Shown piece after piece: positions 39,623 through 53,087 of a DNA stretch of 53,184 bases. The DNA is from Sphaeroforma arctica JP610. Lineage: Eukaryota. Made by a program: the position numbers and the translations under genes. The notes below the pieces were generated by a model. It was not told where the DNA came from and searched no databases. It was given only the letters and a program-made list of their open reading frames with translations. Each line of letters opens with the position of its first letter. Positions within the stretch are counted from its first letter, which is position 1. The stretch covers positions 1 to 53,184 of the forward strand of contig NW_014040298.1 of the NCBI RefSeq assembly GCF_001186125.1. Direction: 5' to 3'.

Positions 39623-41443
39623 ATGTCCGCGTTAGTAACTACGACGATCTCTAAACCCAAGCGAAAGCGCACAGATTTGACTTTGACCCAGAAAGAGACC
39701 ATTGTAAGTGGTATGATCGCCTCGGGCTGGTCTCTGGATCAGCTGAGTGCTGAAAACATGAAGAAGAAACTCGTCAAACAGGAGGTCAAAAACATGTCGG
39801 CACAGTACGGTGTGGTAGATAAGACTATCAAGCGCATCATGGAGGCCGCTCGCAGGGCTAAGATATGCGTAGACAATCCATCGGAAGCCACAAAGCCAGA
39901 GCTCATGCGCAAGACCATTGTAACAGGCGATTCCAAGCGTAAAACTTCCGGACAACTCCCGGAAGTCGAGGAGAAGCTGTTCGCTTGGATTGAACGGCTC
40001 CGACGGCATAGGATTGTACTGCAACGAGGCATGGTGGTGGGGAAAGCGGAGGAAGTTGCGGGCCTGATGGGCATGCAGGATAAGCTAAAGTTTTCTGAGG
40101 GGTGGTATTCTAATTTTAAAAGGCGGTACAACCTCAACAAAGCGCAGGTACCACAGTTTGAGGAGTCTCATCTCAACCGGACGCGCGAGCTGCTGAGTGA
40201 GTATAGCCTGGAGAATGTGTTCTGTATGGACGAGACTTGCTTGTTCTTCAAAGAGACACCCAGTTGTACGCGCAGCACAGACCAGGCGCAAGGCGGTGAG
40301 GGTTCTCAGTCGGACGACAAAGCTGTGAAACCCTGTGATCGTATCACACTTATATCGTGCACCAATGCGACCGGAACGATCAAGGTGCCCTTAGTGGCAG
40401 TGGGTGCAGACAGAAATCCTCGTTCCTTTGTAGGCTCCTCCGTCCCGCTTATATACCGGTACCACAAACACGCATGGATGGACAGCGCGGTACAAGAGTG
40501 GTGGTACGAAAATGTGTTTGTGAAACACGTGAAAGAGGTCACTCGAGGCCCGGTGGCCCTGGTGATGGACAAATTTGGTGCGCATGACAATGTGACTACC
40601 AAAGACGATGTGACGGTGTATCTTTTACCAAAGGATAGTACTGTGATCCTGCCCACGGCTGCTGGGTTGAATGCTGCGCTGAAAGACGGCTATCGGGAGA
40701 AGCTGCTGACCAGTATGCTGCGGAAAGTGGCAGAGCCCAGCCAGTATGCCCACGTGCGCGATGAGGGCAAGAAACGACACATCTCACAGCGGGGATTGTT
40801 GTTTGGTTATGAGCCGCATCTGCTGGATGTGGCCAGGCTGTGTGCGGAAGTGTGGGACGGGTTGTCTGCCGAGATGATCCACAACTGTTGGCAGAACTCC
40901 AGCTGCCTGCCCATACACTTTGCGCTAGACCCGCCCGCCAAGGCCAAATTGATGGAGATGGCCAAGGCGAAGAAATCTACCTACATGGAGCTTATGACTC
41001 ATCAGCTCTCGAGATTGGATGGAAACTACCAGCCCTCTTCGCATGTCCGGGAAGTCAGTAGTGTGCATCAAAAGGCACTAACAGCATGGTTGAATATAGA
41101 GATGAATCCGGATGTCGTGGTTGCTTCAGCCACACTGGACCTGCTGGACCTAAGCGACGGTGAACAGACCCTACCAAGACTAGGGGATGCGGAGGGGGCG
41201 GTTGTTGCGCATACTAACAGTGGTGCAGTCGCAGAGCAGGAACGCTACGACCAGCTCAAGGGCCTGAACGACGGGGCGTACGAAGCCTGGCTGAAGCGCG
41301 GCAAGGAGTTGATTATACCGCACATGAGTGAAGCATCGGCCGCGAAACTGCTCGAGATCGAACAGGACTTCGATTGCGTACGGCGAGAGCGGAAAGCGCT
41401 CTCGGAGAAACTTGCGTCGGAGGATGGACAGCAGACAGCCTAG
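39623..41443 (+). CDS. pogo/Tigger transposase-derived protein (CENP-B N-terminal HTH-like + Tc5 HTH + DDE_1), intact 606-aa ORF, probably catalytically dead or domesticated
   Basis: Motifs: KRKRTDLTLTQK; PEVEEKLFAWI..FSEGWYSNFKRRY (HTH); NVFCMDETCLFF; RITLISCTNATG; KHAWMDS; LVMDKFGAH; LPKDSTVILPTAAG, where the QP(L/M)DxG Asp is absent. The ORF is intronless and no TIRs were recognised by eye. Confidence 0.9.
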   Translation: MSALVTTTISKPKRKRTDLTLTQKETIVSGMIASGWSLDQLSAENMKKKLVKQEVKNMSAQYGVVDKTIKRIMEAARRAKICVDNPSEATKPELMRKTIVTGDSKRKTSGQLPEVEEKLFAWIERLRRHRIVLQRGMVVGKAEEVAGLMGMQDKLKFSEGWYSNFKRRYNLNKAQVPQFEESHLNRTRELLSEYSLENVFCMDETCLFFKETPSCTRSTDQAQGGEGSQSDDKAVKPCDRITLISCTNATGTIKVPLVAVGADRNPRSFVGSSVPLIYRYHKHAWMDSAVQEWWYENVFVKHVKEVTRGPVALVMDKFGAHDNVTTKDDVTVYLLPKDSTVILPTAAGLNAALKDGYREKLLTSMLRKVAEPSQYAHVRDEGKKRHISQRGLLFGYEPHLLDVARLCAEVWDGLSAEMIHNCWQNSSCLPIHFALDPPAKAKLMEMAKAKKSTYMELMTHQLSRLDGNYQPSSHVREVSSVHQKALTAWLNIEMNPDVVVASATLDLLDLSDGEQTLPRLGDAEGAVVAHTNSGAVAEQERYDQLKGLNDGAYEAWLKRGKELIIPHMSEASAAKLLEIEQDFDCVRRERKALSEKLASEDGQQTA

Positions 41444-41449
41444 AAGGTT

Positions 41450-41730
41450 AAGTTGAGGTTTGATCACTCCTCTTGACTATTACTATATACTAGAGCATAG
41501 ACCGAAGCGCTTTATTGAAGGGTAAGGTCTAGGCGAATCGGGTGTGTATAAATACAACTCAATTGAGTCTTAGTCTAAAATGGTGACAGTTTGATACCAG
41601 TTTGGTGCATGAGCCGAGAAGACTTAAGTCGAGGTTACATCTTCCTTCTCGACTATTACTCTATACTGGAGCATAACCCAGAGCGCTTAAATGAAGGGTA
41701 AGGTTTGGGATTGAGTCTAAAGTGGTGGAA
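41450..41730. repeat. Imperfect ~180-bp-period duplication downstream of the pogo-like ORF
   Basis: gactattact.tatact.gagcata..gcgctt..tgaagggtaaggt at about 41475 and 41651. Confidence 0.75.
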
Positions 41731-43108
41731 TTTTGGTACATGACGCGTTAAAGGTCTTAAATGTGCAGGTGCTCGGCTTGACCGAGTATTCTGGCCAGAC
41801 AAGAGTAAATATACATCAGAAGGAAACGCAAACTCGACTAATCTTTAATTTGGGATTTAATTTTCCATTTGTAATAACATCTAACAATTCTATATATATG
41901 TGTGTTCCATTGAGACAAAACTTAAATAACTGTTCGTCCCATTTCCGCATTTATGCGACTCAACGCATCCGCGCTTTCTCGTTGTTCGGCCGAATTCGCT
42001 CCATTTTCACTATTCCACTCCATTTGCATCCAATGCTAATCATCATTTTAACTATCTATTCTTGGCCTATAAATCTATTTTAAACTAGGCAACTGCTCTA
42101 TTGATGTTCTATCTTACTTGTTATGAGGGTCTGTCTAACTAACAAACCACCACCCATCAGCATACTATGCCTTGGGTGACCTAGTTTTGTGCTGACACAA
42201 CTGCGCCTTGTACAGACGCGTCTGTTCTCGAGACAACACAGTGCCTCGACGAGAGAACCCCCCACCCCCCCCCCCCTTGCCAAGCAACGCTGAGAATAGC
42301 AATGCACCCACACTTGCAAGTGTCCGATGCATGCATGGTTTATGCGCACGCTGCGAGATGCAGGCCCAACGTGTATGATGTTGGTACTTACTACCATTAG
42401 TTGGTATTTCTTACTACAAGCAGTTGGTATATGCTCAGTCCTACCGTTTCCCGCGAGCCTGAGTAAGGCCAGCTCAGCTGAAAGACACTCCCCACATCTC
42501 ATGAGGATGGGGTACGGTGATAAGTGCTCCCTTCCCGTCCAAATGTACTGTCTATCGTCTGGCACACATGTGTGCACACCACCAGCGCTATGTGCATTCG
42601 GGGTGTGTTTGTTCCAACAAGTCTATAAGGCGATGGTACAGCCCCAAGTTCACTCGCTGGCTATGTACTGGTTCTTTGTAAAGGCAGAGCTTAGTCTCTC
42701 TATTCAAGCTGCCCAAAAATCTCTCCTACCCCTCCCTCCCCGTTTGTATATTAACATTATTTCTATACGATGAGTACGTGCGCGTCTCAACATCCGCAAC
42801 TGCTCGGTGCGTGGCCCAATTCGTCACACCTTGCACTGGCATGTGGCGGCATGCCAATATTGAACTCATTTGAGCCATACACCACATCCACTACCGTCCG
42901 GCGGTGGGGGTGTGGCATCTACGAGAATGTGGTCCAGCCTATATCATCATTCTTTGTGCCGGAAGTTTGCACTCGCTTCAGCACTCGAGCGTACGGCTGC
43001 CTGACAATACTCTCCATCTGCATGGCTGTGTGCGCCGCCACTGCATTCGACCTCGAGCCTACGGGAGATGGGAAGGAATACCAAAAACATTTAGAACAGT
43101 ATCTGAGG

Positions 43109-45914
43109 CTACTGACGTTGAGCACAGGAGACATCTGTTAACCATGCCACTTGTGTTTGATAGAGTGGACATTCTATCGCGCCAGTCAGTCGTATGGGTA
43201 CGTGGCTGAGGATCACACACACTGCGACACAGAACCACATGAGCCAACGGCTGTTGCGTGACCTAAAACAAGCAACGACCCGCGCCACACACTCACACAC
43301 TACATGCCCTACACCACATCTCACATACCCTACCACAGATATACACGCACTCAGATACAGCAGATATAAAATCTCATACTCACTCACTTATCCACCCACT
43401 CACTCACACTCACACTCACACCTACACTTACAGTCACACTCACTCAGCGCAGCACTTACTTGTAGAGACGCGCTGGCTGCGATTAGTTTGGCCCGTCAAG
43501 GCCGACGAGTTGGACCCGCGCGTGGTCGATCGGTGCAGTGACCTGGGCATGTACGATCGCGACGCGAGGTCGCTATGGCGCACGCTGTTGGACGAACGCT
43601 CCTCCAGGCCTGAGTACGTCATGGACGTCTGCGTCTGATACGCGGCGCTGGTGGCGGTAGACACGCTGGTGCGGCTGTCCTGCGTCTGGATACTGGGCCG
43701 CCTGCTCTGGCGCGAGGTGGCGCTGGTGTTGTTGCTCTCCTGCGCGCCGTAGGTCGGTGGCTTGGTCACGCTCTCTGGTACAGCGAACCCGTCGGCTAAG
43801 GTGGCGGGGGTCAGCAGGAGCTCCGGCGGCACCGACGCCGCAGTACTGGCCTGTGAGCTGATGGACAGGCGCTTGCGCGCGGGGGCGGGCGACGTCTCCA
43901 TGCGATGGGCGGGTACTGTGACGCTCACCTGCGACTGCGTGCGCGAGGCTAGCTGGGACTGTGTGAGAGTGGCTGCGATCTTGCCGCCGGGGTCGTTGCT
44001 GTCCAGCAGGAAGTTGACTGCGTGTCGCAGGGATGAGGGTGGGTGTGGCTGGACCGCTGCTGGGGCGGGTGAGCGCGGGAGGTTGGGTGACGACGCGGGT
44101 GCAGCAGGGTCTTCTCGCGCGATGTCGCCTGTGGTGATCTCCAGACCGTCATTGGACGCTGCACAGGATGGGAAGGGGTGCATGGAGCGCTCGTGATGTT
44201 ATTTATATGTGACTGAAAGATGGGATACATGGAGTATGCACAACGTGTATATATATATATATGTGTGTGTGTGACTATAACATTCAGCTGCGTGTATTTG
44301 GTCCAGACAGGCCCATGAAGAACTGAGAAAAGCTGCCTAGCACACACAGACGAGTATGATTCAGACATAGTTATAGCTATAGTACAATGTGCCGCGAGCT
44401 CACACACTGTACCACTGACTCTGTCCACATCCAGCGACATACACCCTCCCTTCTGCACACACACGCTATCACAGGACCTTAACTACATCCATACTCACCC
44501 GACAACGGCGGCGCATCGGCCTCAGCGTCTCTGGGGATATTGATCTGCATGTTGGATTTGGTGTAGTCGTCGATCATCACCATGACCTCGTCCTCACCAG
44601 AGCGCAGTCCTTCCAGGTTCAATAGCTTGCTGCTTCCCGTTGAAAGGGGCGGGATGTACTCGCCTGTCTTGTCCAGCACCTGCAGTCGCATGGTGTCTAT
44701 GACCAGCGTTAAACACAAGAACGGAGAGAAGTGCGGATTGTGAGCTGTGTGGTGATACTCGTTTATTTTGGGGGGGAAAGAGGCGGGAAGAGGAGAATGC
44801 TACGCGGGAGGACTGATAGTGTAGACAGCAGATAAGGCTCACAGTAGTGACAGCGTAGGATGTAGTCTTCTGGCGCAATGAAGGCTCTAAGTAAACGTAT
44901 AAACGCTTTGTGGTTGTTGAAGGCCAATTAAATGGCTACTCTACACGCCACGGGTGCGAAAGTCTCAAGGGTAAAACTATAGGGGGGATGATAACTCCCC
45001 GGGTTATCAGCCCCAACCACCAAACAGCACACAAGTCTATTAGCAAGCGCTAATAGACGTTAGTTACATAAGCGCCTTCACAGCAACCGCCAAGCATACC
45101 CTGCACCGAAACCCGTAAAACGGGACACAGCTCATGCACACACCACCTACCGAGTCTCTCCGCAAGGGTCTGCTCGGTCTGCGATGAGAGCGTGTTCGCC
45201 TGGTCCTCAAAGCGTGAGGGCATGTTTGCCAGCTCCACCGCGGGGGTGCTGTCCTGGAAGCACACATTGAACTTGGACCCGAGCGAGGCGTCGCTGCCCA
45301 TATTGGACAGGCGCACGTTGTCTCTGAAGTCGAAGAGGGCATCGGCCGTGAACCATCTGCAGTCAAGACATGTGCAAGGTTAGATATGGGGTGTTATATT
45401 CCCTTTCAGTCGAGTTGTATAATATCTAGAATACATCGCGACGATTAGAAAGAGTCCGAAAGTACAGCAAAGGCTTAAGAATTGCTTTGCCCGTGTCGGT
45501 GGCGGCAACATGTGGTCGAAGACTGGAACGATAAACCCTAAACCCCTATACCTAAAACCCTAGCATATTTCATCTCCACATCCCCATATGAGATCACACG
45601 AGCTATGCTGCCTTGCACCCTTTGCACATACGCGAGAAACACGTGCATGTCCGCCCATTGATGGTCCTACTCGATACCGTGACACTGCCAACAGGTACCA
45701 TGTGTGGCCGAGTTGTGTCAAATAACATAAACGTGTCTAAAAACGGTGCTGAACACACAGTCACATATACACAAGCACCACACGTATGCACACGCATATA
45801 AACGCCCGTTTAGGCTATCAAATCCACACACATACACACGAACAGACCGCTCTACCAGGTACGTAAATCAACCAAATATCATCATGCGTCATAAACAGCA
45901 CACTCCATAACTAA

Positions 45915-45957
<43 letters not shown>

Positions 45958-46408
45958 CTGCATATATATATGTGTATATGTTATATAATATATAATTATA
46001 TTATTANNNNNNNNNNNNNNNNNNNNNNNNNNNNNNNNNNNNNNNNNNNNNNNNNNNNNNNNNNNNNNNNNNNNNNNNNNNNNNNNNNNNNNNNNNNNNN
46101 NNNNNNNNNNNNNNNNNNNNNNNNNNNNNNNNNNNNNNNNNNNNNNNNNNNNNNNNNNNNNNNNNNNNNNNNNNNNNNNNNNNNNNNNNNNNNNNNNNNN
46201 NNNNNNNNNNNNNNNNNNNNNNNNNNNNNNNNNNNNNNNNNNNNNNNNNNNNNNNNNNNNNNNNNNNNNNNNNNNNNNNNNNNNNNNNNNNNNNNNNNNN
46301 NNNNNNNNNNNNNNNNNNNNNNNNNNNNNNNNNNNNNNNNNNNNNNNNNNNNNNNNNNNNNNNNNTATATACACATATATATGTATACATATATATATAT
46401 ATATAAAT

Positions 46409-46485
<77 letters not shown>

Positions 46486-49400
46486 GTTATCTAAGTAGCT
46501 ATCTCTGTACCACTCATATATGCACTGCAAGCCTCACCTGAAAGATACCAGCAACTGGCCTTTGCTGTCACAATCGTTGAGCACTTGCCAACTGCTTGAG
46601 TTGAGGTCAACGTCGTAAGGCGCGCTCAGCACTGGCACTCCGTTAATCACCAACGACTGCTCAATTATCATGGTTCAGGGTAGAAGTATCAAAATCAGTA
46701 GAAAGCATACATAAACACAGCAACAGAATGTGTACGACACATGTGCCAATCCTCTCGATGCAGCTACACGCCCATGTACATTCAACACAGATAGCCGCGG
46801 TCGACAGATGTTAGCACAAACACGGCTAATTAGAATTACATCACTATTGCTAAATGTGTTCTTAGACATACAGTCACACAGACAACACTCGGTACAAACA
46901 GGTAATACAAATGTTGTCACGTGCGAGGCGGTGCACCAATATACGAATGGATGCGAGCAGGCAAGGCGTCCAACAGAGTTTATGGTTAAGGGCTCTGGCA
47001 ACGACACACAGTGGCCTGCAGATATACACAGGTAGAGGATACATATACACCGATGTGTGTACACGTAGACGTAAGTTCACTATTCAACGTAGAGCGGAAT
47101 AGTGGGCTGTTCGAACATGAAGGAATATAAGCACATGCCCATATCTAGCAATCATGCAGCTGGTTCACTACATCTCACGCACAAACGGTTCAACATGCCA
47201 CACGCCCACTTACAGAACTGAAGCAGTCAAAACAGTGTAGCATGCCCGCTCCGACCAAAGGCCCACCATGAAAAATAAACCGTTATAACATACCCTCATA
47301 GGTACATGAGGCGGACCGGAGTCCTCTTCTTTGATAGTTGAGGTTCGCGCATTGTTCACCGACATGCTGTTTGTGCGCAGGAAGTTGGTAGTACGCATCC
47401 GTTGCAACGCTTTACTGAATGTCCTTTCAAAGGCCGTTTTTTCTACTTCATGTTCGGGTTCGGGTTCCGCTGGCCTCGCATCATTAATACTTTATGGGTA
47501 CAGGTGTGGTAGAGGGAGCGTTGGGTTTAGATAGACTCGATAAATGCAGAGGTGAGAGATGTTCGGGTGAACAATCGCTTTGGTGAGCGCAGTGTGACAC
47601 ATCAAGTGGCAGTGCGCATTATTTGAATGCCTATCACGTCCATAACCATACGGTGCCATATACTGCAATACAGCATCTCTCCTTTAGGCTCACTGGCACG
47701 AACACCTCTATGTTGTTTGCGCGGGAGGAGCGGCACTGCGAAAAAGTTCGTCAGTGCTCGACTACTAACATATACAATCGTTAGGCATTTCGTAATTTAA
47801 CAACATATACAACCATTAGACTATTCGTGATTTAACTACGTATACAACCATTAGGTTATTCGTGATCTAACAACATATACAACCATTAGGCTATTCGTGA
47901 TTTAACAACATATACAACCATTAGGCTATTCGTGATTTAACATCATATACAACCATTCGGTTATTCGTGATTTAACAACATATACAACCATTAAGTTATT
48001 CGTGATCTAACAACATATACAACCATTAGACTATTCGTGATTTAACAACATATACAACCATTGGGCTATTCGTGATTTAACAACATATACAGCCATTTAG
48101 CTATTCGTGATTTAACAACATATTCAACCAATAGGCTATTTGTGATTTAACAACATATACAAACATTAGGCTATTCGTGATTTAACAACATATAAAACAT
48201 TAGAATACGCGTGATTCACGCACACAGCCGCAAACTAACCAGAAGTCCACGTCGAGTGATCCGATAACTATGTCGTTTTTCAGCGCCTGATGTCCCATCA
48301 CCTGTGCATTAGAAAATAGGATAGGGGCGACCGCGGTATGAGATGCAGCATTCAGGGCATACAGGTATACTACTAGCACCCCAAGCGCCGATATACAAGT
48401 GTAAACGTTTAAAGGATCAGTACATCACTCTATCGCTACGCTAAAACGCGTTCTCCACGTGCCTTGATTTGGTAACTAGATTTCTCTTCTGGTGGGATGT
48501 GCATAATGAATGCTTCATCCCAGTGCGCCTCGTCACCATCGTAGACTGTGCGTGTCCTGTGCAATTTGATTGTGAGATTGGTAAAAGAATAAATTATAAT
48601 TATAAATATAAATTATAAATATATATATATATATATATATCCAACAACGTATATCTAAACACCTGATTGGATTCAATCTGCGCATGGCAATGCTGAAGTA
48701 TTAGTCTTCAGGTACGAAGCGGCAGGCAGAACTCACCTTCCCACCAACTCCCCGTCCTCCTTCTCTATAACCACGTAGGGATCGGCCACAAGTTTCTTGT
48801 CCTTGAACTGCGTTACACGGTGAGCCTTGTGGACCATCATGAGACACCCCGAGTAACCCAACTGGTCAGGCATGAGAGTGCGCATGTACAGCGGATCGTT
48901 GAGCGTGTTGTCTGGGACGGAATTGAGGGCGCCGCGGAACTTGGGAACAGAAAAGACTGTGACAGTGAATGAATGAAGAGAGGTATATCAGGAGTGTGTA
49001 GTAGATGTCACTGTTCATAAGTCATGAGCACTCCACGGTTTAATGTCCCCATCGCATTTGAACTTTGCAGCAGGACGAACAAGTATGAGCAGATGCTCCT
49101 CAACGCCTGAAGCAACATAGCCAACTCAAGGCCGGCGGATGCTATACTAAACAACCAACACAACATCATCAGATATGCGAATATGTGCTTCAGCGGAGTG
49201 AACGAAAAGGCCGCTCCTGGAATACGAGAACGCTGCAGAGATGATCTGCCGCACGCGAGAGTCTCCAACGACTCGTGCTGATGGTCGCAGAAGTATTCTG
49301 TGGAGTGCGATACACCGCACGCTTCTTTGTCGCCCTGTCGTATAACTACCAGTACATATAACAGGTCACCAACCATCACACATACAGGCCAGCATGCTGA

Positions 49401-52400
49401 ATTATACTTATATAGTAGGTCACACCTGATTGGTTGAAAACGGTGAGTATCGCCTCTCCCAACAAGATGCCGAAAGTGATACACAGGGCATAGTACACGT
49501 AGTTCTGTTGGGACGCTTCTCCTGGATCTCCCTGTGTCCAGATAGGCAACAGAAGCAATGGGTCAGACTGGCGAATATACTATCAGAGAAACAACCCAAA
49601 TGGCATTCATGCCACAGGATAACTAGCCCAAGCTTTTGTTCAGCCAGGAGTCTAGCACAGACACCAGGCGAGTGAGAAGAACATTCGCCAGCCAGTCTGT
49701 GGGATGCTGACGAGTGACAGTGTTGATTGACCAGTGCTTTTGACTGTGCCAAGTACCACATTCACTACGCAACAGCTCATGTGCAAGTGCCAGTCCAACA
49801 AACACATCGCCAAATGGATACTGCACAGTTGAAGCGCACATGCATCAGTGCCCTAGGAGTACAGAAGGCGATCGTATACCATGCAGCTTCTCCTGGCACA
49901 TATTACAAATGCTGCTATGAAAAAAACAAACCCCCAGCCAGTCTATTTAATACCAAATACACAATTGGAATACGGCTAGTAGTTCCGCTCACTTCAGCAA
50001 TATATATCATCGTTGCTCATGCAAATAGAACTACATAACACGGCCCAACTGTGGGCGACACGCACACTCTACCTGGGCAGTCACAGGCACAAGTCCAAAG
50101 TAACAGGCGCGCGCAAACACATGCACAGACAGTGGACTGCTCAGGAGATGTGCAACGGGTGACCCTATCCCCGCATGGCCTACTTACCAGAAGCGACAGG
50201 TACATTTGCAAACACATACAGAGACAGTGGACTACTCAAGAGATGTGCAACGGGTGACCCTATCACCGCATGGCCTACTTACCAGAAGCGTCAGGTACAT
50301 TTGCCTGACCACGGAAGAGCCGGGAACAAGGAGTTCGATAGTGGGCACCATCAACACCGCCGGCACCAGCATCTTGGCCCTCATAAAGCGACGCACAGCG
50401 TACTGCGAGAAAATGGCTGTGGTGGCCATGCACACACACGCACACGCGCAGCAGAGATGAGGGATGAGTACACACACAGGGGAGTTAATGGATGAGTACA
50501 TACACAGGAAAGTAAATGGATCAGTACACACAGGGGAGATAGTGAATGAGTGTGCCTGGATGCAACCGAAACAACGGCGAAAAAGACGACGGACGCGGAG
50601 GGATTGGCGGCCTGCATTTTGTTTTAGAGACGTGGGTGTGGACTAACTAGATGACAGTGGTCGTGGGGTGTGTTACGCCGCACTGACCGGACTGGTGCTT
50701 AGTAGAGGCACCAGTAAATGACCTACGACTGTATCCGGCTGCGAAGTGCTGTGCATGGCATCATATACATGTAGCAGACAAGCGTACACGCACAGATACA
50801 GCGGCAGTGGGGAATACCACACACCTGAAATCGCCACCATAAGGAGCACTGCAATGAATGTGGCCAATCCGGAATTCAAATTGCCGTACTTGGTCAGGCC
50901 ATAGTAGGCAAAGTATGTGCTGCCTTGGCACCCCAGAAAGGGCAGGTAGAACCGTCGAGGTATCTCGTACACAATTACCGCGCCGACGTACAAGAAGACG
51001 TAAAACAACAGCCGGTACTGGTTGGAGAAGGTGAGGCCAGTCTAGCAAGCGCAAGGAATGAAGCAGGAGGTAGAGTCATTATTATATGTCAAAGAAACGG
51101 TCAATGTACATCATCCTGACACCGATGGAAACAGTGATCGACATGATACATTGACAGCGACTTGTGTGCAACCTTCATCAAAGATCTGTAAGCGATTCGC
51201 GAGGGATAGCGGGTGAAATTTACATACGAAGGCCAACCTATGCCTACGGTAGCATTGATCGCCACATATCTATAGCTAGATATGAAAGTCTCAAGACAGC
51301 GAGCACCTTACCTCGCACGTGCCGGTAACCATGATGTTGACTGCGTCTCCATAGATGTAGTCGACGGCAAGGAGATTGCCCAGGTACAACCCAACAGCAA
51401 TGGCCTGCCCACTCACCACAGCGTAGATATACCGCACGGCACCGGTGACGTGGATGCCATAGGAGATCTCGACCACACTGAAGGTAAGCGACACACCTGC
51501 GTGTGGGGAGAGTACGGTAGTTGTATTTCAGGAAGTATCAAGATTCCAGGAGTGCGAGGGTATGGCGATCATAGTATCATGGGGATCCATTTCGGTACTT
51601 TGAGGGATGTTATATTGAGACGTGCTCTTAACAACGTGAAGGTGCGAAGTCTGCTTGTCAGTGTTTTCCCGTAAAAAACAAAACCTCCTTTTTAATTCCC
51701 AAACGGGAAGTGGCCCATCATATACATCAATAGACGGCGCAGCTATACAGCGCACCTTATCTACAACAGTGAAATGCGGATAGTCGAATGTACTACATAT
51801 GTACCACACATCACAGACAGCAAGTATTTGGCATACCCGGAAAATACCCGGCGGTGGAAGCGAGAGAGTACGCGAAGGCGCAAGGCCCCTCCATGGTACC
51901 AGAACCAGCCAGCATACCCGCTATAAAGCCAACCGACAAAGCGGTCAAAAACGGGAACGTTGTAATGAACGGCCTTAGATAGCCATATATCTAAAGTGGG
52001 TGAAGATAAAACGCTTTTATGAGTCAGATGGCAATAGTCATGAGTGTGATCGAATGGTACACGGCTGTATATGTACGTGCCAATCTACATAACATAAAAC
52101 CTGCCTTCGCGCCCCTGCTGCAGAGCAAAGCGAAAGCGGAACGTACGTGACAAGCGGCAGCGCATTGTACAAACAGCACTCACCATGATCGTTAAGACAC
52201 AGCCGGACATCAGACCAGTGATTGCGGAAGCCAAGAGAGCTTTACTATCACCTGTGTGAACGAGACAGCACATAGATATAAGAAGAGAGGTACAAGGCAC
52301 GGGTTAAAGTTCAGTCGTGCCCATCAATAGGACTTGTTAGTTCATAACTTGGGCCCCTGCGTTCCAGTGTTGTGTGTGACAATGCGCCAGTACTGGCGTA

Positions 52401-53087
52401 GCACTGAGGAACTGGACTCGATTGTAAATCCAGAGACATTGATTTGCCTACGGAAACGAACGAGATATAAAAGAGGAAGAGGAAGTCTTGAACAGACAGA
52501 AGATACTGTCGCTCAAACAAATCGCTACCCTAAGACAACAACATATATATGCCACCGTGAGAAACAAATGTTCAGAACTGCGACGTGTTGCGATATACAT
52601 ACCTGAGAAAAAGAAAACACAAAACCCGCAGGCGTACAAGGGTTGTGTGAAGATAGATATCCACAACGGCCAACTAGGCTCGCTATCGCGAATGAAACTG
52701 AGCCGTTCGACCACTTCCACTCCAGTTTGCCCCTGCCCAGAATGAAGTACAGGTGTGGCACATTGAGGAATTGGTGATGGTGAATCAATACTCGGCGCAG
52801 CTTGATGGCAAACAACATGTTGTAATATGCAGAGGGAGGGAGAACGCACATGCACTTGTCATCAAAGTGGCACTCGAGCAACAATGTGCAAGCAAGAATA
52901 ATCTAACATATGCACCTTGATGATATCCTTCGCCAGGGTGGTCATGCGTGCCAGCTTATTCATATCCAGTCGTTTGGGCGCATCGACATATTGTGTAACA
53001 TTATCACGTATAAGCCAGAATCCGTTGGGCTGTAGGCGCAAGGAGGTGTTCAGTAATCCGAGCGAGTTGGCCAACTGTTCGAAGTAC
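43109..53087 (-). CDS. ThrE/Prm10-family (threonine/serine exporter-like) polytopic membrane protein followed by C2-like domain and S/T/P-rich tail; 5' end beyond window
   Basis: Exons 52916-53087 (LDMNKLARM), 52603-52732 (FCVFFFSG), 52184-52251, 51837-51990, 51312-51496 ([21 protein letters not shown]), 50825-51041, 50283-50416 (LLVPGS), 49426-49531, 48737-48956 (ADPYVVI), 48463-48556 (RTRTV..HWDEAF), 48240-48301, 47652-47761, 47294-47469, 46538-46656, 45151-45356, 44499-44696, 43460-44158, and a possible terminal exon 43109-43134 (otherwise read-through to a stop at 43440). All phases are consistent. The 3' end is uncertain. Confidence 0.8.
46007..46365. other. Assembly gap within TA microsatellite (intron of ThrE-family gene)
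   Basis: N run. Confidence 1.
47765..48200. repeat. 35-bp minisatellite x~12 filling an intron
   Basis: aacaacatatacaaccattaggctattcgtgattt. Confidence 0.95.
50113..50303. repeat. 95-bp tandem duplication containing ThrE-family exon end and donor
   Basis: gcaaacacat..gcatggcctacttaccagaagcg.caggtacatttgc x2. Confidence 0.9.

Noticed and set aside
39000..41800. Complete active Tigger element
   Set aside because: No TIR pair or TA duplication was recognised by eye, and the third catalytic Asp is missing.
52595..52615. tttctcag|gtatgt as a recursive splice site
   Set aside because: The pyrimidine run is coding (FCVFFFSG, a ThrE motif), so this is an ordinary donor.
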